Origin: Phoronis australis | Taxonomy: Eukaryota > Animalia > Phoronida | Direction of reading: 5' to 3' | DNA length: 64,000 nt | NCBI GenBank assembly: GCA_002633005.1 | Contig: NMRA01000132.1 | Coordinates: 248,001 to 312,000, forward strand | Shown: piece after piece, positions 1-11,200 of the stretch | Numbering within the stretch: the first letter of the stretch is position 1 | Layout: every line of letters starts with the position of its first letter | Notes under the pieces: generated by a model | What the model was told of the DNA's origin: nothing | What the model saw: the letters and a program-made list of their open reading frames with translations, nothing else | The model's database searches: none | Translations under genes and position numbers: made by a program

Positions 1-822
1 CCACACATAAACAATTTGTTGAGAAAGATAAGCAGATTCTGTGGTGTTCTTAATAACATAAAACATTTCTTGCCCTTTGAAACTTTGAAAACTATATATA
101 ATGGCCTTGTCCTTCCTCATTTTAATTATTGCATTCTGCTATGGGGGTGAACATCATAGAATATTTAAATTACAGAAAGAGGTTATTCGCAATATTACCT
201 CTACCTCTGCCCATACAGATCCTTTATTTAAGACTACACAAATACTCAAAATAAAGGACTTGTATGTTGTTGCTATTATTAAATTTTTCTACAAATATGT
301 TCATAATTACTTACCTTCATTTTTAACACGTTCAATTCAATAACTCGTGGGTCTGTTCATGAACATTACACTAGGCAACGACATCTTTTACATACTCCCC
401 GTTGTACTAAATCATTTGCTGAAGATTCAGTTCGAAATGCCCTACCTCATATCATTAATAACCTTCCTGAAAGTGTCTCCCAAAAACTTTTTATCTATTC
501 GTTGTCCTCTGTTATAAATTATTTTAAGAATCGTTGTTTTGAAAATTATGAACTTGAGTGCACTATTCCCAACTGCTTTGTGTGTAACTATTTTCGATAA
601 TCTCTCCCTGTCTTTACACAAGTAGTTTTAAAGTACATTATCACCTAATTTTTATAGTTCTGATTATCTGTAATGCTGTATTTTTTCTTTCTTATTCTCT
701 GGTGGCTCCGTGGTCAGCGGACCTCTCGGGTCCTTCACGGAATCTTCATAAGCGTAGATCTGTATCAACTGTATTTTTTGTTTTTTGACTTAAAGTGAAT
801 AAAGTGTATTACTACTACTACA
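1..822 (+). mobile_element. 3' end of a decayed L2/CR1-group LINE (ORF2 C-terminus, 3' UTR, short-repeat tail)
   Basis: Frameshifted LKTIYNGLVLPHFNYCILLWG...RIFKLQKEVIRNIT...AHTDPLFKTTQILKI, a terminal CTIPNCFVCN, a stem-loop at 707-741, AATAAA at 798, then a (TAC)n tail. Confidence 0.75.
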
Positions 823-1530
823 TATCTCTAATAAATCTTAAGCCTTTTACAAACCAAGGCTTATAAAAATCACCTGTGCCTCCGATCGCCAAGTTATTAT
901 TAAACCACAGAGGTTGATTCAAAAAGTCCTCTTTACTCGCAACAATTATTTTCTTGTAGAAAGATGTCATACTTCCAAATACGTCGCGCCAATAGGAATT
1001 ACCAATTAGGGTTAATTTCGACTTAATAAAGTCATGTCCAAATGAAGCAAAATTCTTTAAGAACGGGTAGAGTGAGTACAGTAATTCAGCACTTTTAGAC
1101 GCAGGGCTTTCAAGATATCTGCGGGCCATAGCGAGTTTTAAAGCTTTGCTGAAAGTATGCATATTAACCATTTGAATTCCCCTTGATCTAGTCCTAAACA
1201 GGCCGTAGTTCGTTTAATTTTATCATTAGGGGCCTGCCATACTAATCTAAAAAATGTATTCAATCCATCCAAGACTTTTACTGGTCGGTTTGGTAAACTT
1301 GGCAACAAAAAATTAAGTTTAGAAATAGCTAATGCTTTAATTACCGTTACTCTACCAAACGGCGTTAAATTTCGTCGACTCCAACTTTTTAGTAAAGACG
1401 TGATCTCAGTTATTCGTGCAGTGAAGTTCTTATGCGTCATACTATCCAACTGAGTGTGAAAACAAACCCCCCAAAATCTAAAAGATTTTTTCGTCCAAGA
1501 CAGACTTTCTTTTGTAGGAATCACGTCATC
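818..1530 (-). mobile_element. L1/Tx1-clade non-LTR retrotransposon ORF2 fragment (frameshifted)
   Basis: WSRRNLTPFGRVTVIKALAISKLNF and QPLWFNNNLAIGG...WFVKGLRFIRD are typical post-RT motifs of Tx1/L1 ORF2; split over two frames. Confidence 0.8.
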
Positions 1531-3570
1531 AACTACCAGTTTTACTACCGGATCAGGCCCGTCGCTGCCGGACTGGAGACTTTAAGAATATAAACCAGCC
1601 AGGTTAGTCAGCTGCGAAAGTTGAGAGCTAAACTTCCAGTCACGAAAAAACTAGACTAGTGAACCAAAAATAATGTGCACGTGAATATTTCGGTGAATTC
1701 ATTTGTAATCGAGCGTGTTATGTCAAGAATTTTATTTATAATATGATTGCTGACACGGGAGAACGAACAATCATGACATATATTGCCGTTCATAAAAAGA
1801 CAAATTAAAAGTAAAATGTTATCTACACATTGAATTTTAGTACATGAACCGAGAGGCAGTTTTAATGTTAATTAAACCTAGCCTCTCAGGCTGAATAGAT
1901 TTGCTTTCCCAATTGCTTGTTTATGCCACAGACATCATAGTATTGAGATGTCAATGGTTTATACCGTTGATACTTCATTTTGAAAAAATCAGTTTATTTT
2001 AGGACACCGTCATAGCCATTTTTTAAATTCCTGATTTTTAAAGTTAAATTTCGGCTTGTTTAGCTGGTCAATAGACGAAATTTGAGTTGGACGTTTTGAA
2101 ATTGGTCTCGCAGTAATCCTAACTATAGTACGATTCATTTTTTTAAATTACCAACTTAAGTCACAGGCAATGTGTCATGTTGAAAGTCACAACTTCAAGG
2201 TTTGACAACCGTATAATAACGTCGAAAGCGAATTATTGAGTCTCCTCGGGTTTCCTTCTGTTAAGGAATGAGAATCTAATCACGGTAAGTAATACTTTGA
2301 AACTGATTTCATGGGTGTCGAAAACCTAATTCCATTTTATTTTTAGCTAAACAAGGAGAAATTCTCCTTTGAAAGAAAGAAAGTCCAAATGAAAGTGTTG
2401 ACCATGAATACTCACAGCATGAACACTCTGATTTAGGCCGAGATAGTAAAATATAGCGCAAACTTAATGCTAGATACCCTGTATCAGCAGCCGCCCAAAG
2501 GGGGCGTTATGTTTAAAACCAATTGCATGTTTTAACATCCAGCGAAGCCTCGAACTTTCGGTTATTAATGTATCCAAAACATTGATGCCTGTCTGAATGC
2601 AGCAACACATCACGTAGTCAGCTTGTTCGTCGCATTTTAGAAAAATATCCTTTAAGTTTAGACTATTTTTTGGGGTTTTAGGCACGGGTCGGGAACAGCA
2701 GTAACACACAGCAGGCTTTTAAACGTCTTCATTTGTTACTGGATAAATATTCTCAAATGCAATAGTAACATCATTGATAATACACATACTAGTGAGAGCT
2801 GCGACGATATGTGAGTTGCACATAATCTAATGTTCGCATAGCATAATTTTTCTAGATTCAACGCGACATTATTGGCGAGAAAAGGCAAATTCGAACATGA
2901 AGCTGAACCGCGCCGCTCCAAACTACATGTATCTGCCGTCTGAGCTACATGTCAGCCAGTACTTTAATGCCTTTCATCAGTTGATTCACAGACATTTATA
3001 ACACCGAGTGTCTGATATACAACGTCAGGGCTTGATGATATGCAGTAAAATTAAAACAAAAACAAAGGAATTTATTGCTTTGGAGCTCTGGTCAAAGCTG
3101 ATAACTTTAAAAACCTATTCTATTCAAAAATAACGCCAATGTTGCGTCGGTCGGAAGTAAAAATGACAATTTTCCTTTAAAATGGAGTCAGGCATTTATT
3201 CCGAATTTTGCCTGAGCAAGGGCAGTAACACTTGGGTGAGCCTGATCATAACTTGTTTCAGAATCAGGAGATAAATGTTTTCTGAGCTGTAGAAAACTTG
3301 CTATTCGTTAGTGCTGCTATTTTGTCTTGAGAAAATGGTCGACGTCTAAAATGGCCTGACGAGACTAGTTACATATATTACATGTAATTATGTAGCTTAC
3401 TCTCGAGCAATGCGAATTGCGAACTGTCAGTTATTCCCAAATCCAGAAATTACTTCTATCGACTTGAAGGCCTTACTGGCGTAGACTTGAATGATGGCCT
3501 CTGAAATGATTGAATGTTATAGAATATGATTCAATTTGTGTAAAAATATATCTTATTCAGTGGGGCGTGG

Positions 3571-3702
3571 AATATGTTGCAAGCAGTTTATCCCGTTCAA
3601 TCCGCCATTTTTTTATCACATCCCTGTCGGGGGCAGAAATCGTTTCGGACTCATATTCATGATGTGACCAAAAAGATGGGATAAACTGCTGGCAACATGA
3701 TT
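3571..3702. mobile_element. Short palindromic MITE-like element
   Basis: ATGTTGCAAGCAGTTTATCCC (3574-3594) pairs with GGGATAAACTGCTGGCAACAT (3678-3698) with 1 mismatch; weaker inner arms. Confidence 0.55.
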
Positions 3703-3809
3703 CAGTTTCCAAGTGTTATGAGAAACTTTCCTGTCGCAAAAGCGCCTTTGTCCTATGAAATCAGAGACCTTGATATCCGGGGCGTACTGTATAAGCTACA
3801 TGTACAGAA

Positions 3810-3895
3810 CATGGGCAGCACAACTGAAAAAAGTGAGGGGCTGTAGCCCCCCCCCCCNCCCCCCCCCCCCAGCCGCCTATGCTGCGCCGCCCATG
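3810..3895. mobile_element. CATGGGCGGCGCA-TIR MITE, monomer copy
   Basis: Same termini and internal G/C-run motif as the copies at 7003 and 24077, opposite orientation; no TSD visible. Confidence 0.6.
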
Positions 3896-4699
3896 TAGTC
3901 GTATACTCGCGGCAATGTCTTGTGCACATGACCAACTTGTGTTCTTTGTTTTAATCAATGAAAATTGTCTAATATAAACATTGTGGTTGAAATATGTTCT
4001 AGCCTGTCTTCCAATGATAGGCCTACTGTTTCTTTTGTAATTACGTTGAAATCATCAATTAACTAAGTAAAAAACAACATTTTTAACTACGGCGAACGTT
4101 TGGCCCCTTACCTTCTGGCGCCACCCACCTGGCGTCTGGTGCAAATTACTGCTGCCCCCCAGCTAAGGCCCCGCTGAGCTAGGCATTAAAATGGGGCTGA
4201 ACAATAAACCTGAGTCGCCCCTACTGGGAAATTCAAGATGTCGATGACCGGTCATCGGGTGTCGACGAACTGAAGTAGGTGTCACACAGCTGTACGGAGT
4301 GTTTCAGGTACACCGACGATAGAACACAGACAGTGCATTGTCTATGATGCTATCCACCCAGAACCAGTGCCATCTGATGGCTGACCATTGAAAGGGCACG
4401 TGCAACTTTCGTAAAACATCTGACAAGCATAACTGAGTTATGATTGCTTATTGGTACAATATTTTAGCGTAGCTACATGAACTTCAACACAGAAAATCAC
4501 TAGAAGTACGTGATTGTATGACCCGTGATTGACCTGTGCACTGTTACAAGTCAACAAGTAGGCCAATTTCAGTCATCGGTATAGCAGTTGCGTCTCTGGT
4601 GGAGTGTTGTCAGACTACAATTGTCTGTCATCTGCTTGGATAAACTTTAAGTTTGGGTCGGATTTCTCACTGCAAGCAGTGTTAAAAAGCTGTACAAGA

Positions 4700-4945
4700 C
4701 CGTACATGCAACTTGCTTTCCATTCCCCACACATATACTTTCCAGCCCTATTTCTAGATCACGTTAATTCCCACTATCATACCTTTGAGAGAACATACAT
4801 TAGCACTGCATACTACCCAAACTCTTAATTTCTTCCCATCCACTATTTTACTCTGGAATAGATTCCCACAACATTCCATCTCATCAGAAACATTAGAGAT
4901 GTTCACAGGTCACATTTCGAAACCTTACTGAGTAAACAATAAAAC
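4700..4945 (+). mobile_element. Decayed 3' end of a CR1-like LINE
   Basis: Broken reading HYHTFERTYISTAYYPNS/FFPSTILLWNRFP resembles the SFFPxxIxxWNxLP C-terminal motif; AATAAA near 4938. Confidence 0.5.
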
Positions 4946-5200
4946 TTGTTTTATCCTGGTACTAACCCGCCCTTGCTTTATTGTTGTTTTCACAGTTTAG
5001 TTTATCACTGACTAACATGCGCCATCATAAAAGGATCGGTATTTCGATCGTTTGTTGAAAACAGGAAGAAGAAAAAGAAGAGGAACGGACGACAGTTTGC
5101 AAACGACTGGCGCACTACCTGAGGGTGTAGCAGAACCCAGCAATTATTGAGATCGAAGACCAAAGGATTATTGGGATATCTATATCTAGTGCTCGATATA

Positions 5201-8200
5201 ATGGAGATTTTAGGATTTGATGTACCAGCGTGGATCCTGTATTCTGTTGCAATTTTGTTTACGTTGTATCTGTAAGTAGTTCATTGATACAATCGCTGTG
5301 ATTCTGCAATACCACCGAGGGCCAGTAGAACCAGAGGCTCAGGAATAGTCCTTAGAACCCCTCGATGCCTCAAATTTGATACTGAATATCTGCTACATTT
5401 TCCAATGGGGGGATTTTGCCATCCAAAAAAATGAACAGCAATAAACTTTCTCTCAGGTGAGCAGTGATCAGCTGGCTTATATTTTAGCACATTCTTCTGG
5501 TGTACAGGGATGCATGCATAGTCAAATTTTGGGGATCAGATGAACTACCATTGCTTTGAGTTACTTATGGACTTTCGTTGCCNATGAGGGGACATTTGAA
5601 GAAAATATGAGGATAAGATTGATGGTCACCACATTTACAGTTTGGAGAGACATTACTTAAGTTGTGCCTGAACTTGTCAGAGTTGAGGAAAAGGCCACAT
5701 CTTGATCTGTACAATGCTATTTCGTTATCGCGGGGAAGGGAGAATTGTGTAAAGGGTGTTGAGTTATCAAAATTATGAAAAACAGTTCTAAAATTATTTT
5801 TTATACTCGTAAAAGAGTTGCTTTCCTTAACAGAGACTGAAAGAGAATTCCAGTTGTTGATGCATATCATGACTGTAGACCTTTTGAATGCCTGAGTGAA
5901 CGACGAAGGAATTGCATATGGGGTGGAGGATCTCAAATCACTAGGATGGCCTTGTCTTGTGTACATGTATAGATCAAATATTTTTTGACAGAAACGTTGT
6001 TGACATTGTTTATTACCTTGAAAGTAAATGTGGTCATGTGAAGATTGCGTCGAGTAGACAGTTTGGGCCACTTGAGACTATTCAAAACCTTAACACTATT
6101 GGATCCCCTGTAAGCTCCGGTTATGAGTAAGGCAGCTTGATATTGTAACTTCTCCAAATGTTGGAGTGCACCCGTATTGGCAGACTGATATATAATATCA
6201 CAATAATCGACATGTGGAAGTACATGTATAAACAAGTATAACAAATCTTCTAAATGTATAGAATTCAGATGATGATAGCCAAGATTAAGTGGGTTAATTA
6301 GTTCCTGAGTTTTTTGTACGAGCTCCCGAACTTGAGGGGTGAATGAGAGTTTTTCATCTAACAGTATACCAAGATGTCTGTGCGACTGTTTTCTAGGAAT
6401 GATTTCATCATTAAGTTTAAGGTCATGAGACGGGTCAACAAGGAAGAGAGCATTAATAGATTTGGAGAAGGTGAGGTCAACGCTTTTTCCTGGTTTAAAA
6501 TTCATTCTCCATTCTTGTGACCAATAGCTGATTTTTTTAAGTCGTGTTGAAGCTGCAAAGAACATTCAGGGCTGCTCCCTGCGAAGGGTTAAAAAAGCGC
6601 CGTTTCATCTGTATAAAGGCATGATTACTTTATTATTTCCTATGAATTCTGAATTGCCAAGCCCAGAATGACGTTAAATTCTTTTTCTGAAATTAAACAC
6701 ATTTTCAAAGAAGAATCACGTATTGTGTACACAAATCGATTGAATCCTTAGGATCTTCTCAAGAATCACAGTCCATGATTGCTAACGAAGATGGATCAGA
6801 ACTAAACAAAAGGTTATGGGAACGGACTATATAGGGCATTTAGGGCTTGGCTATTCAACATTCATGGGTTAATAAAATCATCTTCTCAGCCAGGAACATG
6901 AATGTCAAACATTGTTGCATAACCTACTAATAGACTAAGGTATTCCTGAAACATTCACTGGACAAGTACTCATATCCAGGCTTCAGATAAATGCCACTCC
7001 AACATGGGCGGCGCACCATAGGGGGCTGGGGGCTATAGCCTCCCACTTTTTTCAGTGCTACGCCGCACGTGGTCTATAAGCGGTGCACCACAGGGGGGGC
7101 TGAGGGGGCTTTAGCCCCCCACTTTTTCTAGTGCTGCGCCGCCCATGTCCAAGAACCAGTTATCATTTCTTGAACATGCCCTTTAAACCAGACTGCATCA
7201 CTACACCTCGATATTATCTACCTTCTTTCATGTCCAGTTTCTACTGTGAGGTAGCAACAATTTTTCCAAATCTGGTGACTCTTATTATTGTCAGCGATTG
7301 TTAGGAATAATCATGGTCTTAATCTGTTAATGTGTAGGTGAATAATTTCTTCTATTTCAGGTATTTTGTATACATTAACAGGAAGCTAGACTACCTTGGT
7401 TTACCTGGACCCACAGTTTATCCTGTTGTTGGTTGTGGTTGGCTTTCGTTTTTTACTAAGGTTGGTCTATTTAATAATTTACGAGCTTTAGAGGACGAAG
7501 ATTGTAGTGTATTGACCACAAATAACTGAGAGTATTACGGCTTAAACTAAAATGTTCACAAACTGGACGTCACCATAACGACCATTCGTGGTATTTCCAC
7601 AAATAACTGAACATGAAATTGATTAAATGCTCCTAAAATAAAGCTCCTTCTCAGTAACACGAAAATTCCAATGGTGAACTGTAAGTGCGCTTAAACTACA
7701 TTGTAATGTTCAGGTTTGTCACAAGTCACAATTCCAGTCTGTATGGTACCTTTTAGTAACACGAGCGGAACTGCGCAACGGCATTGGTTCCGGTGACGCG
7801 GATGCAATTTGTCCGGAAATTTCAAGACCAAATGCGTGTTACAAACAGGGACTGGTTAAGCTGGGGAACCACTAACCAAAACCAAGACCTGTTCCACAGC
7901 TATCACTTTCCCCATAACGTTGAATGCGTTCAGACTCTGACATCATAAAAGGTTCCTTTCTCCTTTAAGCCGTTTTACTTGTGCATGCACTGTTGTATAG
8001 AAATGTGTATTCCAGGCGTGTCATATGACTGGAAGTGGTTGCAACAAACAATGACCCGAATGTTATATGCAAGTACTTTTCGGATACAGTTACTGAACTA
8101 AAATGTCTCCTTGAAGTTGTAAGGGTAGACCGTAGTACAGATAATGTTAACGTTGAACTGACGCAGACCTTCTTTGGCGGCGTTCATGAATATAACCGAG

Positions 8201-11200
8201 CAAGACTGGGTGCGACGTTTGCGTACGGGCGCTCGACTGCAAATCAAAGGATTGTTTGAAATAACAGTTGTTCCCTTGGCACTACTTTTTTCCATTCTGT
8301 TTTATTGATAGTATACCATAGAAATTAATCTGTTTCCGAATCAAAATACTGACACCAGTTTTGCAAAATTTTAGACCTAAATTGCTGCATATTTACCGCT
8401 AATTTTGATTTTTGTATTATACTGCAGAACATTTCAAAGTTGATAAAGCTTATATTACTCGAGATATTCCAGACATTTCCGACACATTTATTTCCCCTCA
8501 CCAAGCCTCAAATGGAAAAAACTGATAAGCGCCATCTTGAGGCTTGAAAACAAGGAAGATATAATTAAGTCAGGATCTCGACATTTCGAGATTACTAAGT
8601 AGGAATGTCAAGATCCTGAGATAATTACAAAAGAAACGTGCGATGTCATTTTGGACCACCGTTGGGTAAGTGCACCAGTCCACTCAACCTGGAAATGAAC
8701 AACTCCACCGTTTGAAAGAAAAAAATGTCTGTTGCAAAACGATTGTCGGTCGAATTTGATTGATCATGCAATTAATTTTGGTAGTAAATATTTAGATTAT
8801 TAAAATTATGTATCTGCTACTGAAATCTATTAATTCCATGCGTAATCTAAGTCTGTGAAAGAAATCTGATTTCAGGAATTCGTTCTCTTTTCTGTTACTG
8901 CGGAAAACCGGGGTATTTGCAAATTCAGGAATAATGATCAGCGACAAAGGACCATTTTATTACAGGTTGTGCACTATGCGGCCACATGGAAATGTTGCGT
9001 TGGCAGCTATTTTGTCATGTCTATTTTCAAGCTCCGTTTTTCACAGCCCCAGGACCGAATTTGTTAAATATAATGGACACCAAAATCATCCATGTACCAT
9101 GCCTTCAGAATAAAGAATATTTGATTCGGACTTGCCAGTTTCAGTCTCCAAAATTCTATAGGCTGTCTCAAAGTGTAAAACTTTTGCTGTAGCTTAATGT
9201 TTGAGAGCGCACTGTGGATGTTCTAAGCTACAGTGCAAGCCAAAAGTATTCTAATTAAATGAGCCGAGATTATCCGTCATGACGGCTGCATGGAAACTGA
9301 ATTCATCTTCAGATTAGACTACCTTCATGACTGAGAATGAAGAGGAATGAATGTTGCCCGCAATAACACTTATTGCAAGTAATTTTTGTTGTTAACAAAA
9401 TTACCCATCATGACGGGGAAAATGGATTTTGTTGATTACTTTTGTCTTGTACTGTGTTTAAACGTCAGTGTAATATCGCTTTTACCATTACTCCAGCTGC
9501 TAACATTGTGTTAGTTTGCCTTTTCCGATGCCCTGTACTTGTTTGAACATCCACTATGGGAAGTATTCATTAACGTGGCATGTTGTTCATAAATTACCAC
9601 TAACTTTATTTTCGGATGAGTATATTACATTCCAGGCTTATGTGGATAAAAAATAGCATGGTAAATCTGAAGATAGAGATTTTTAAAAATTGTTTAGCTC
9701 CCAGTTTGGTTCTCCATAAAGTGTGCGGTTGGTGACGACCAAAATTTAGTGAAAACTTCATATGCCCGTTTCTCATTATTCGCTGCACAATGGAGTGCAT
9801 TTATGGAATCTGTAAGCAGTAAATGCACAAATGTTCAACATGATTAAATACATTGCCTTGCACTTATCCACACGAGAATACTGTTTATTAAACATAACAA
9901 ACTGAATTAGATGATTGCAATGATTGCCACCCTGGGTCAGTGTCACTGGATTTTATGTTCTTGGCAGGGTTTTGTGGAACGACAGGTGGCGTGGTACAGG
10001 ATGTATGGACATTTTTACAGGTAAATCCACATCGCTTAATGTTGCATAATGGTTCACGGCTAGAATCACTCTTACTGCACCTTTCCCAAATTCTTAATTA
10101 CTGCTTATGTTAGCTGTTCGCTTATATCGCACAAGATAAATATATTGGTTAGGCAAAAAAGTGTGTAATTGATTCTGGTCTCTTTTTTGAAAATCGAGTC
10201 AGTGATACAATATTGTGTTACTCACTTTTTCAAAAAAGAAAATTACCCGAAATGAGCCATATTGGTGCAGGATTATTCTTAATTCGTTGCTTTGCGTCTC
10301 ACGGTATTTAGAGCCCCTTTGTGCAGTTTTTCAGAAAAATCAAAACACTTTAATGAAATTGAGACAGGCGGCGTTTTTTGAGCTGGTGAGTGCAGGTCTC
10401 AAAACGACTACGTAAAGACCAGAACCAACTCCGCTTTTGGCCACACTTGCTGAAAAATCTTTCCACGTGTTGCTTGTGCCTTTTAGAAATTAACGTGAAG
10501 CTATTGTAGATTGAAATTTTCTTGATCTTTATTAGGGAGTGGAAGCCAAGTCTTATCTCAGGTGAACAACCTTTCCTCACACTGCCAAACATTAAAAACC
10601 TGCACGGAACCTGACTTCAACCACACAAAGGCTCTCAGATTCCTAAAAACAATTTGTAGTGCAGGCTCAATGGTGAATGACAAGTCGATATCAGTAACAT
10701 CACCTCGATATTTTGGGCTTGGAGGGGGAAATAGTCCACATAGGCACTTAGAATTCTGCAGATGGTTGTAAATCATACACAGTTGGTGTTGCTCACACAC
10801 AATAGATAGTCCTTTCGAAATAGTCTAACTCTTTTCACGCGAGGTCAGTGAAAATAGTTGGTTGTAAATCTTACTCTTAAGTTATACAACTGTCCCAGTT
10901 GGCGTGTGTAAGTAAACACAGATTAACAAAGGGTTTATGATCCTGGATGAGAAGATAATTGTTTTACTACTCCCTGTGGGTTTTGGATGGCCTAGCCCGG
11001 GATGAATTGGAGGTTACGTAGCAGCCAATCACAGTGCAGTTGGTGACTGACTAGCAAGCACTTCACCTAGTGGTCAGACTTGCTGACATTATGTCATCAC
11101 TTACTCGACACCCGTAATGACGTGCATGCTGGTTGAATGTCATTTCTTATCTAATAGTCCTCAGTCATATTCAAAGGCAAAAAAATTAAAAGTTTAACGG

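Noticed and set aside
1555-3370. Short ORFs and a possible large DNA transposon upstream of gene A
   Set aside because: No recognisable protein motifs and no convincing paired termini or TSD.
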